From positions 168,987,581-169,007,180 of the forward strand of contig JANKJI020000004.1 of assembly GCA_024626585.2 (NCBI GenBank): 19,600 nt of DNA, in the 5' to 3' direction. The translations under genes and the position numbers were made by a program. How positions within the stretch are numbered: position 1 is the stretch's first letter; the number at the start of each line of letters is the position of its first letter. This document shows, piece after piece, positions 1 to 10,620 of this stretch. The notes beneath the pieces are model-generated. The model was not told where the DNA came from. It saw nothing but the letters and a program-made list of their open reading frames with translations, and did not search any database. Source of the stretch: Ginkgo biloba (lineage: Eukaryota; Plantae; Ginkgophyta).

Positions 1-465
1 GGGAGAAGTGAAGAGCTAAGAGCCAAGAAGGCCTTGGGTCACATATTCTCCTATTTATGGAAGGCATAGTGTGAGGGAGGGCTCATTCATTTTCCATCTC
101 TTCTCTGCTCTTTCCTAATCTTCTAGTTTGCAAGCTTCTTCCTAGGAGAACTTAGCTTTCTATTATAATTATAATGGTAGATTTGTACAAGTGTGTACCT
201 ACCCACTTATGCTAAGACATTCTTGTATTTTGCTGCCATTAAAGGACAATTGTTTGTTTTAGAAATGATAAGGGCATTCAACCAAGTAGAGGTTGGGTGA
301 TTGCTCATGTAGTCTAAGTTATCGTTCTGGTTGATTATTTAGGGGGTTAAGCAATCTAAGGTGTTCATAGAGTATCCTTTAGTGGTTAACACGGGTTTGT
401 GTTATCACTCTTGTATTAGGTGTGGAGGTTGCATTGGGTCGTGTCATCTGTATGGGGCTTGTTCG
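1..465 (+). repeat. Gypsy LTR-family copy A (truncated by window start)
   Basis: Collinear and diverged relative to 8882-9355 (e.g. gggagaagtgaagagctaagagccaagaaggccttgggtcac vs gggaggagtgaagagccaaaaaccaagcagaccttgggtcac; aatggtagatttgtacaagt vs aatggcagatttatacaagt; tatggggcttgtt vs tatggggttgtt). The 8882-9355 copy sits at the 3' LTR position of a gypsy element. Confidence 0.8.
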
Positions 466-999
466 CTAGTATACCAGTTCACTAAAAACTATGATACAAG
501 AATGAATGTCATTGCCCTTTCCAAATCAAAAGTGCTCTCACATTGGTAAGCACTTTCTATTTCCTTTTCTAGCAAGAATAAATTTGGAGCATTCTCATTT
601 ATTTGCTTACTGAGTTCTGTCTTCATTGTACAATTATATTTCTAGTTTCCCCTTAAATCTTTGCAAGTGTTGCACATTGGTTGGTGGTGTTACATTGGTC
701 ATCATTGGATCTCGGATTGACAATGTTTGTATGTGTGAGTTGGGGGAGTCGATTGTCCTTGACATCCCTTCGACTTGTATCTCTCTTATCATCCAAGATT
801 GGTGCATCCCTATCTCTCCTGAAGAAGCTAATGATAAGTCTATTTCTTTTGGATTTGAGTCTCACTCTCAAGATCCTATTAGGGCTCCTCCTGATGTACT
901 TGGTGCACTGTCTCATGGTTTGTTGTGTGGGGAAATTGTGACCAAGCTTGGTCTCTGGCCAATGTTTAACATCTCTGTTCATCCATACAGAGTGGAACA

Positions 1000-1678
1000 A
1001 CCCGATGTAACAAGTTTCCTTCTAACAGACCCGATGTAACAGCACATCGTTGTGAAGCTGAACGCTTGCTGTACCCTTCTTTATGTCCTATTGGTCCATT
1101 CACCGATCAAGAGGACTATATATGGTGTGGCATCCCTTTGAGCAATGTTGAAGAGATAAGCGTGTTGTGGCATCTATCGAAGGATTAACCAATCCCTGTC
1201 AATCGAGCATCAACCACATAATTTTTGGAAGCATTTCTACAAAGTTCTACACCATCGTTTGATTTTTTGTTCTCTCTATCCACGGTCTAAGAGATCTGCG
1301 CCCTCTCTATACCTCTCACTCGCGGGCATGCGACATTTCTCATGGTGCACAACAGAGGTAATTCGTATGTTGGAGCTTGACACTTGGTAGGTTGTTACAA
1401 CTCAACACCATGAAAGAGAAGAAGAATGACCAGTTTTGCACTAGCATTGATTTCTTACAATCTCCACTCCGTGTTCTCCATTCGGCGTCCTCCGTCCACG
1501 TAATCACCGCCACGATTTTCTTACACAGACCTTCAACGTTCCGGTGTAAGCCGCACAGCCAACAAACTTAATCGTTTGATTTTGCTTTTAATTTCTATTT
1601 TATTTATTTATTTTTTTCTTTCTTCTCTAATGTTAAAAGGAAAAAAAATAAATCTAATTTTAATAACCTTTTAAAATT
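1000..1678 (+). repeat. Possible LTR/5' leader of a retroelement (unassigned)
   Basis: Non-coding. Contains a TATA-like ctatatatgg (~1116), short direct repeats (acccgatgtaaca at ~1000 and ~1029; atcgtttgatttt at ~1255 and ~1571), a CpG-retaining stretch and an A/T-rich tract. It lies upstream of a gap and a Tat-like RT fragment. No PBS or terminus was identified. Confidence 0.3.
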
Positions 1679-2517
1679 NNNNNNNNNNNNNNNNNNNNNN
1701 NNNNNNNNNNNNNNNNNNNNNNNNNNNNNNNNNNNNNNNNNNNNNNNNNNNNNNNNNNNNNNNNNNNNNNNNNNNNNNNNNNNNNNNNNNNNNNNNNNNN
1801 NNNNNNNNNNNNNNNNNNNNNNNNNNNNNNNNNNNNNNNNNNNNNNNNNNNNNNNNNNNNNNNNNNNNNNNNNNNNNNNNNNNNNNNNNNNNNNNNNNNN
1901 NNNNNNNNNNNNNNNNNNNNNNNNNNNNNNNNNNNNNNNNNNNNNNNNNNNNNNNNNNNNNNNNNNNNNNNNNNNNNNNNNNNNNNNNNNNNNNNNNNNN
2001 NNNNNNNNNNNNNNNNNNNNNNNNNNNNNNNNNNNNNNNNNNNNNNNNNNNNNNNNNNNNNNNNNNNNNNNNNNNNNNNNNNNNNNNNNNNNNNNNNNNN
2101 NNNNNNNNNNNNNNNNNNNNNNNNNNNNNNNNNNNNNNNNNNNNNNNNNNNNNNNNNNNNNNNNNNNNNNNNNNNNNNNNNNNNNNNNNNNNNNNNNNNN
2201 NNNNNNNNNNNNNNNNNNNNNNNNNNNNNNNNNNNNNNNNNNNNNNNNNNNNNNNNNNNNNNNNNNNNNNNNNNNNNNNNNNNNNNNNNNNNNNNNNNNN
2301 NNNNNNNNNNNNNNNNNNNNNNNNNNNNNNNNNNNNNNNNNNNNNNNNNNNNNNNNNNNNNNNNNNNNNNNNNNNNNNNNNNNNNNNNNNNNNNNNNNNN
2401 NNNNNNNNNNNNNNNNNNNNNNNNNNNNNNNNNNNNNNNNNNNNNNNNNNNNNNNNNNNNNNNNNNNNNNNNNNNNNNNNNNNNNNNNNNNNNNNNNNNN
2501 NNNNNNNNNNNNNNNNN
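1679..2517. other. Largest assembly gap (one of many N runs)
   Basis: Continuous N run. Several other runs are exactly 100 N (3623-3722, 9430-9529, 15756-15855, 17014-17113), typical placeholders for gaps of unknown size. Confidence 0.95.
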
Positions 2518-2789
2518 TCAGGTGGAGATTGATTAGATGAAATAAAATGATGATTAAACCACTATTGTACATAATGTGCAAAGCATCTCAGAGGACGGCA
2601 AGCAAAATGATGTTGAGGTAGTGTTTGAAGAACCCAACACCTATCCATCCCATTTTTCAGAACGTAGGTATAGGGAAGTAAAAGTGGAGGTGACACTAAC
2701 ATTAATATTTCCAAGTAAGATTGTGATACCGTATAAAGGATGGACAATAATGGAATTAATCTGGGCATGGAGGAGCATCCTCAAAAGAT

Positions 2790-3385
2790 TATATTAGGAA
2801 GCTCATGCGATGCGAGTATTGATAGCATCATTACTAAAGATATTTTGGGAGTACAAAGATGTCTTCGCATGGGTGTATCATGATTGTGTGAGCACCGAAT
2901 TGAGCTCCTCTCGGATGTAAAGCCTATTAAGCGACGTCCACACCAGATGAATCTGAATTATGTAGCTTAGGTGGAGTAAGAAATAATGAAAGATGTTAGA
3001 AATAGGAATCATTTTAAAGTAAGTACTAAGCGACATTATGATTTCTCTAAAAAAGAACAATAAGATGGGTACGTGTGGATTTCCATAAAGTCAATGCGGT
3101 TACAAAGAAATATTCTTTTCTAATTCCATTCATGGATACACGTTGGAGGAAATAGTGGGGCATGGGATTTTTCCTTTTTGGATGGCTTCTCGAGATACAA
3201 TCAATTCAACATTGTTGGAAAAGATAAGTTGAAGACCATGTTTGTCTCTAAATATGGGATTTATGCTTATAGCAAGATACCATTTCGTCTATGTAGTGCC
3301 CCAAGCATGTTTCAGAGAATTATTTTGCAATTGTTTGAGAAGTTGCTGACTGGGAAGCTGGAACTATTTCTAGATGACTAGTGTA
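2790..3385 (+). mobile_element. Degenerate Ty3/gypsy reverse transcriptase fragment, Tat/Athila (non-chromovirus) type
   Basis: Frameshifted and stop-containing translation: WEYKDVFAW ... KPIKRRPHQMN ... VDFHKVNAVTKK ... FSFLDGFSRYNQFNIVGKDKLKTMF...YGIYAYSKIPFRLCSAPSMFQR...LELFLDD*. The DGFSGYNQ-type motif and catalytic DD (3373-3378) are present, and homology stops immediately after. Confidence 0.9.
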
Positions 3386-3800
3386 GAGTCCCAAGCTATG
3401 TGAGGCTACGCATATTTTTTTAAAAGCAAGTAGGTTGAGAGATAGAGGACACCAAATAGTGCTTCGTGTTGAATGGTAGGTCTAGATGCGAGAGGAGAAC
3501 TCATATGGTTATCGTCCGAACAACCATCATCAGATGTTGAACGAATATCAATTATCGAATGACATGTTGGACGGTTGTCGATTACCTGATGATGTTCCAG
3601 AGAATCATTGCTGGACATCGGTNNNNNNNNNNNNNNNNNNNNNNNNNNNNNNNNNNNNNNNNNNNNNNNNNNNNNNNNNNNNNNNNNNNNNNNNNNNNNN
3701 NNNNNNNNNNNNNNNNNNNNNNAGTTGCCAACATTTAATGGTAAAGGTAGAGTTGCGAAGTCTAATACATAGTGCATAAGAGGTGTGAAGAATTAGTTTG

Positions 3801-3840
3801 AAGCTTTCCATATAGATCCCAAGCTTTCGATATGGATCCC
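3801..3840 (+). repeat. 20-bp tandem duplication within gag remnant
   Basis: aagctttccatatagatccc / aagctttcgatatggatccc, 2 mismatches. Confidence 0.85.
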
Positions 3841-6444
3841 TAAAATTGAAAAGTTATGGTTGAATTTCAATTGTAGAGATATCTTTATATGTGGTGGAAT
3901 GGTGCATTTTAATAAGTGGATGGCAAGGTTAGAGAACTTGTAAATTCATGTGAAGAGATATATTGAATAATAATAATCNNNNNNNNNNNNNNNNNNNNNN
4001 NNNNNNNNNNNNNNNNNNNNNNNNNNNNNNNNNNNNNNNNNNNNNNNNNNNNNNNNNNNNNNNNNNNNNNTGAATTGCTACTTACCACTAATGCCCTTGA
4101 TTGAATTGTTACGTACTCAATTATCATTAATGTCCTTATTCAATTACCATGAATGTCCTTGTGGTGAACGCATTTTTGTGTTGATTGATAATGGATGTAT
4201 TGTAATTTCCTCTTGGATTGAATTTTTTATAAGTTCCATTTTAAAACAACATATTTTGATATTGTGTATGAAATAGAGATGGGTAATAATAAAGAAGATC
4301 ATGAGCACGTTTGAGATCAATATGCATCTTTGGTTCCATTGAAATTTAGATTTATGAAGAAGGCCTTGACCTTGAAATCATGACTAGGAAGGCGTAGTGT
4401 CATTTCATGTAAATTTCAATTTGTTGGTAGAAAACTATTGCCTCATTGAAGACAAGGACTTGCAAAATGTGCTCAGTGTGTTAGTAGTTTAAGTCAAACA
4501 AAGTGTAAGGAAGAAAGCTATAGTTTGTTTTGCAATTATGGGTTTTGATCAAGAAGAGCATTTAGAGAAGGATGTTGCAACTCCAAACCTAACACTAAAG
4601 TATTTGTTTTTAGAGTTTCTTGATGTTTCACTTGATGGCCTTTGTAAAGAGTGACCATGCCATGGATTTGGAACTTGGCACTAGACCAATCCATCAAGTC
4701 CCTTATTGTCTCAACAATGATGAGAAAGAGGAGGTAAATAGAGTGTTAAATTACTAGAGGAAGGCTTCATCCACTCCTTAAAGTCACCTTATAGAACACT
4801 TGTTCTTCTTGCGAACAAAAAGATGACACTTTGAGGATGTGCATCAAGCACAGAGTCTCGAATAGGTGACTATCAAGGATAAGTTTGCTTTACATCAGAT
4901 TAATGATTTATTTTAGCAAGTGCAAGGCACTACCATATTTTCCAAGACTGATCTTTAGAGTGATTATCGCCAAATATGTATCAATGCAATATATACCAAG
5001 AAGACAACTCTACAACATGGGATAGTCATTATGAATTCCATGTCATATCATTTGGACTAAGGTAAGCTCCTGCTACATTTATGAGAATCATGAATGGAGT
5101 TCTTCGTCGATTCTTGGAAAAGTTNNNNNNNNNNNNNNNNNNNNNNNNNNNNNNNNNNNNNNNNNCAAAAGGCCAACATTAGGACTATTACAATGTAAAT
5201 TTGCAGGTCTTTACAGAACATAAGCTTTATGCCAAAGCTCTGAGTGACACTTTCGCAAGCACTAGATCTAATTGAGCCATATTGTTAATGTGGAGGGTAT
5301 ATCTATTGTTCCTAAGATAATAGTTCTTAAATATTTGGCTACTCCTTGAAATGTTTCTGAAGTTGAAGTTTTCTTGGGTTTGTTGGTTTTGTTTTGAGGA
5401 TTTGCCATAATAGCGACATATTTGATATATTTGTTGAGAAGTAGACCAATTGATATAGTCAGAAAAGCGTTAAAGGAGCTTGAAGTACTAAAGAAAAAAC
5501 TAATTGAGGCCCCGATTTTGACCCTACCAAATCCATCTAAGCCTTTTGAAATGCACACCGATACTAGCGGACATGCCATTGGTGCAATGCTGATGTAGGA
5601 TGGAAAGGCAATACCATAAGAAAGCTGAAAGATGAATACACAAGAGTAGGGGTACCCAATGTATGACAAAGAGCTATCAATTATCATTGACCATCAAACT
5701 TTGTAAACATTGCCTATCGATTAGATGAGTTTGTGGTAATTCTTGATCACGAACCCTTCGTGTACCTTTTCATCAGTAGTTGAATTGAATTGAAGGTTGC
5801 ATCGATGGTATTTGGTGTTTAACAAAATTTCTCTAAATGTGGCATACGGACAAGGAGAGAAAAATGTTATATCGGGTGGCTTGTCTAGAATTCCTCAGGA
5901 AAATATTGCTAATAGTGTTGCATAGTTCCTATGATAAGAAACATGTTAGGCCCAAAAGCACAAGACCTATTGTGAGGAGAGAATCACTTCATTTCACTCA
6001 AGCTCAACACCTCCATATTTCTCATTCTTGGATGATATACCATGCAAGAATGTTTGCTTGGATAATTTGGAGGCAACTAAACTTAGGCATAAAGTTACAC
6101 AACAACCCATACACTAGCTATATGGGTATGGATTAAACTTTGGATGCATCAATGTAGAGCATGTATTAGAGGAGCATATAGATAGGTAGAGGAGATTATG
6201 TTTGCACTTGTGCAATATGCTAAACAAACAAAACAAATAGAGAGGATCTTGGGTGCATGCTTGTTCATCTCCTAGTTATGGAAGGTAAGTGTCAAAGCAT
6301 CTCTATGGGCTTCAACGCCTATCCTACATGAAGTAGCATTGACATGATCATATAATATCAATGGATCATTTGACTAAAATGGTTCCTCTTATACCTTGTA
6401 GCATAACACAAAGATATTCACATTGTGAAATTCTTTTTGTTGAA

Positions 6445-7802
6445 TTTTGTTTTTTTTTTGTTGGAAGATGATTCTATTATTGAAATTTAGGCTTGTGTAA
6501 AAAAAAAACCCGAGGGGTCACATAGTGATTGCCCTTAGGGGTGCCAGACTGAGGTACAAGTCGATCGGATGGCACTACCTATTGCCTAATAAATTAGTTC
6601 CATCACCTAGCTCCCATCTTGTGAAGGCTTGGGACAACAACTGCGCCAAGCATTCACCATAACCTCACTCATAAAACAATACACTTTGGGGTGAGGTAAA
6701 CACCTAAGGACGTCAAACCCTCAACAACGACACCAATTATAAAATTCTTGATCGCTGATTTTTTTTTCCTTTTATTTTTTTGGTCAAAAGATGATTCTAT
6801 CATTTAGTAGATTGGAAAAATATCGGCTTGTGCAAGTAAAAAGCCGAGGGGTCACGTAGTGATTGCCCTTAAGTGTGCCAAACTGNNNNNNNNNNNNNNN
6901 NNNNNNNNNNNNNNNNNNNNNNNNNNNNNNNNNNNNNNNNNNNNNNNNNNNNNNNNNNNNNNNNNNNNNNNNNNNNNNNNNNNNNNNNNNNNNNNNATCC
7001 TCTCTCACATAACAATACCCTTTGACGGTGAGGTAAACATTCAAGGACACCAAACCCTCAATAAGAACACCCAACTCAAGGAGGCTTGGGGCAAGGGTTG
7101 CTTTTAGCTACCGCACCTAAAACCCTCATACACAAACATTAGATCAAAGATAGATGTGGCCCTCTTTCCTAAAGCAAATAAACCCAATATACAGGACTCC
7201 ACATAGGGCATCGAGAAGCAACAAAAACAAAACAAGGTCCCAATGCCCTTGCACTTTAAAAACTTAGTCCATATATAGAAAGGACTTAAAACTATTAAAC
7301 CCAAACCTTAGGAGAACATTAAAAAACAAAGGTCGTTGCATGTTTGAGCTTGGCCACTATTGTTTGTCCTTTGAGCCACTCCAACCTTCCTAGCTAGCCT
7401 CAACCCACTTGTGGAGGACATATCCCTACACCTTGCAACCAATTGGTCCCCAACCAAGAGTGATCTCATTGCCACTCTATCCTGCAAAACTTCATTGCAC
7501 CCCAAGCTAGAATGCTCCTTCGATTCCAATTGTCATCTATCCCATTGGGCTATCACCACCGTCTAAGGTGTTGGTCTTCAAACTAGTGCTTCTCAATAGA
7601 CGAACTCGGGTTATCTTCCAAAGCCTTCCTTCTTTGCAATCTTTACAAAATACATATGCTTCTCTCATTGCATGTTGTAGCCTAGCCCCATAGGTTGACC
7701 ATCTTGAACCCTACACCTAGAGTTTTAGGTAGAGTAGCGTCTTCTCAGAAGGAGTGGGGGCTCCTCCATCCCCTTGCATAACTTCCCCACATTTCTTTTT
7801 CA
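6445..7802 (-). mobile_element. Poly(A)-tailed non-LTR-like insertion (SINE/LINE-type) inside the gypsy integrase, with tandemly duplicated 3' end
   Basis: Integrase homology stops at 6444 and resumes at 7803. Candidate 8-bp TSD TTGTTGAA at 6437-6444 and 7803-7810. T-tracts at 6445-6460 and 6758-6781 each precede a copy of the same ~290-bp unit (6465-6735 and 6788-7075). Confidence 0.7.
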
Positions 7803-8705
7803 TTGTTGAAATATTTTCAAAAATTGGATTGCTTAACACATTAGTGAGCAATAGAGATCTAAAATTCACATTTGTTTTAGAAAGAGTTGTTTTGTGAGCT
7901 CAACACTGAGATAGGTTTCTGCAACAAAGATTAGTCAGAAACAAACAACCAAACAAAGAGGGTGAACCAAATAATGGAGGATGTGCTAAGGGAACATTTT
8001 ATAGATAGATAACCTAGTCAAGAGGATAGATTATAGCTGGTAGGTTTCTTCTACAACAATAACATGCACATTTCTATCAACATGCCACCTTTTTGAGCAA
8101 TGTATGGCTATGATCAAGGATGCCAATTCAATTAAGTGAAATGTGGCCAAAGATAGAAGATTTTAGTCAAATGTTGATATGCAAGAAACTCCAACGAGTA
8201 CATGAAGAACATAAGGAGAGCTCAAGCTAGGGGAAATCTATATGTTGATAAAAATGGACACCTCAGTAATTTGAAGTCAATCATCAATTATATATCAAAG
8301 TCAAACCCAAAACTTCCTTATTCATTAGTAAATGTGTATAGTTGTCACCACGATATTGTGGACCATTCAAATTAGTGGTGAAGATCAATGAAGCTACATA
8401 TAAATTGGGATTACCCTTGCTAATCAAGAGTGATATAGTTTTTCATATTAGCAATTTGAAGAAAGTCTTGTCTTGGTTTTATAATCAATTGTGACCTTAC
8501 ATTAACATTGAAGAAGTGGAGTCGAATGGGCATGAATCCAAAGGTATCATCGATACTTGAGTTAGGAAGCTCTAGTATGGAAGCATAAAGGAGTTTTGTT
8601 ATATTGGATTGACAGTCCCATTGAGGAGGCCACTTGTAAGTCCTATTGACTCACTAAGGATGATGATTCCCCAGGGCCATGAAAAAAATGTTTTGAGAAC
8701 AAAAC

Positions 8706-9355
8706 TATTACAGCATAGAAAGATGTCAAGGAATAACAAGAATATGTCAAACCCAATATTTGCAAATATGAGTGTATATGGAAGAAGACACAAGTACAAG
8801 AAGGCCCTACACTTGTAGGTAAACCCAATTTGATCTGTGTACCTATGGTTGAAGACCTATTACAAGGAGAGTTAGGAGAAAGGGAGGAGTGAAGAGCCAA
8901 AAACCAAGCAGACCTTGGGTCACCCTTTCACCCATGTATGCAATGTCAAGTGTTCAAGGAGGCATTCACACTCTGTGTTATTCACCTCTCTTCTACCCCT
9001 GTAGAATTAAAATGAACTCTACAAGTAGAGTTTTCTTTTGCTAGTAACTTAGCGTTCTCTTACGGAATTGTAATGGCAGATTTATACAAGTATATACTTG
9101 CCAATTTATGTTAGGACATTGTTGTATTTTTTGTCAAGTGAGGACAATTTTTTGTTCTAGAAAGGAGAAGTGCATTTGACTTAGCTTAGAGGTGGAGTGA
9201 TTACTCATAAACTTTGGATAATTATTTTATGGATTCCTTAAGAGTATAAGTGATCTAAGCTACTCAGAGTAGCCTTTGATGGTTTAAATCGAGTTATCAC
9301 TTGTGAATTAGGCATTAGCCCACATGGAATCATGTCGTCTATATGGGGTTGTTTG
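8706..9355 (+). repeat. 3' LTR of the chromovirus element (LTR-family copy B)
   Basis: Follows the chromodomain. Homologous to 1-465 (direct) and to 17114-17414 (inverted). The polypurine tract and first ~20 bp of the LTR appear deleted, and the right boundary is uncertain (gap at 9430). Confidence 0.75.
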
Positions 9356-10370
9356 AGATGGAAGATGAGTTCATTAGCAATCTATGTAAGGGGATGAAAG
9401 CCACTATTTTTCTAGATCAATTAGTACCCNNNNNNNNNNNNNNNNNNNNNNNNNNNNNNNNNNNNNNNNNNNNNNNNNNNNNNNNNNNNNNNNNNNNNNN
9501 NNNNNNNNNNNNNNNNNNNNNNNNNNNNNCTATGTTTGCAACCGTTTGACATTTTTATATCTTGTAAGCCGATTGGCAGAAACATCAATCAGTAATACAA
9601 TTATCTCATTTTTCTGTGTACAAGCAAGTGCATATTTCAACAAGTATTCAATTCTATTTGCTTTCTTTATGACTGTGCAATTATGATCTCTGTTTGTGCA
9701 ATTTTAGTTAGTCAAAACTAGTAGAATTCTATCCTCATATCCTATGAAGAATAACCACATACAGGTGGCAGGTCATGGTGGTCTTCAATAGAGTATTCAT
9801 CATTCTTAAATAAGCAAGATACAGTAGTGTGATGAGATTACTTCTTACTCCCAAAATAACTCAGCGTTCATCATAAGGCATAGGTCTAACACTCTTCACT
9901 ATGCATCTGATGCTCCTCCTGCATATTTCAACTAGGAAATGTTGGTGTCTTTCATCTGATTCCACTCTCGTACCATCAACCCAGCAAATGTTTAATACAC
10001 TGCAGTGCAAACTCACAAGAGCATTGAAGCAACTGAAGTCCTTTACTTCCAAATTGCTTCTCCATCACATTGGGTAGAGTACACCGTAGTCTCACCATAA
10101 CTATGATTTGGCTGTTTATTATAGGCACTGCCTCATTCATGCTACAGACATTTGGGTGTTAAGAATTTATCTATTCACTAATATTATGTTGTTTCAAAAC
10201 TCTTACCCAAACTTCTGAAATATTACATCTTTGAAATATAGAAATAATAATAAATGCCACCCACATTACAAGAAAGAACTTGAACGTGCTAGTACATTTT
10301 GTACAATTGGTTAACCTGAGAAACATTGCAGCTTTTCCCAGTTGAGATATGCCACTTCCATAGAGAGTCC

Positions 10371-10620
10371 TGTTTAAGGAAAGCTAATTTATTGAATGAT
10401 TACGAGGTGATGAAAATGAGGGTTGGGCTGTCCGATTTATAACCCAACCACTTTGTCAAGCTTCTCCTAGAATCTTGTACAAAGATCTCTAGACAAATAG
10501 CCTAGCTTCTCCTGGAAGCTTCTACATGGATCCTTAGACTATTATATCCAATGGTCTCATCATGGGGACTGTTAGAAAAGGTGAACATATAATGCATTAC
10601 TATTGTTATGCCACTCAACA
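10371..10620 (-). repeat. Candidate 250-bp solo LTR (copia-like)
   Basis: TGTTT...CAACA termini. The minus strand reads TGTTGAG... then TATAAAT (~10436-10442), AATAAA (~10388-10393) and ...AAACA, in LTR order. Internal repeats agcttctcctagaa / agcttctcctggaa. The 5-bp flanks (agtcc / ggtag) do not match. Confidence 0.45.

Larger units (their letters stand above)
3725..9355 (+). mobile_element. Degenerate chromovirus-type Ty3/gypsy LTR retrotransposon (gag-PR-RT-RNaseH-INT-chromodomain-3'LTR)
   Basis: Domains occur in canonical order, all with stops or frameshifts. gag LPTFNG...EFQL*RYLYMWW (3725-3910); protease VLIDNG (~4180); RT LLEEGFI..KSPY...LRMCI...FSKTDL*SDYRQI...YEFHVISFGL..APATFMRIMN (4610-5124, YxDD falls in the N gap); RNase H APILTLPNPSKPFEMHTDTSGHAIGAMLM*DG...YDKEL (5500-5690); INT HHCC region and DHLTKMV (6090-6444); INT core LVSNRDLKFT...YNNNMH....PF (7803-8110); LSPRYCGPF...YKL.LP.....VFHISNLKK (8342-8465); chromodomain-like I.D..VRKL....KEF...PIEEAT (8520-8645); then LTR. 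Confidence 0.92.

Noticed and set aside
1604-2581. 325-aa ORF and other X-rich ORFs in the track
   Set aside because: Artefacts of translating through N gaps.
5268-5687. 139-aa minus-strand ORF
   Set aside because: Antisense shadow of the gypsy RT-connection/RNase H region on the + strand.
6459-7802. Interpreting the integrase insert as a TGTTGG...CA solo LTR
   Set aside because: The 5-bp flanks do not match (ttttt / ttgtt) and the second copy of the unit lacks TGTTGG. A-tails plus an 8-bp TSD fit better.
9861-10052. 63-aa minus-strand ORF as a nested gene
   Set aside because: Short, non-ATG start, no recognisable motif or supporting splice structure.
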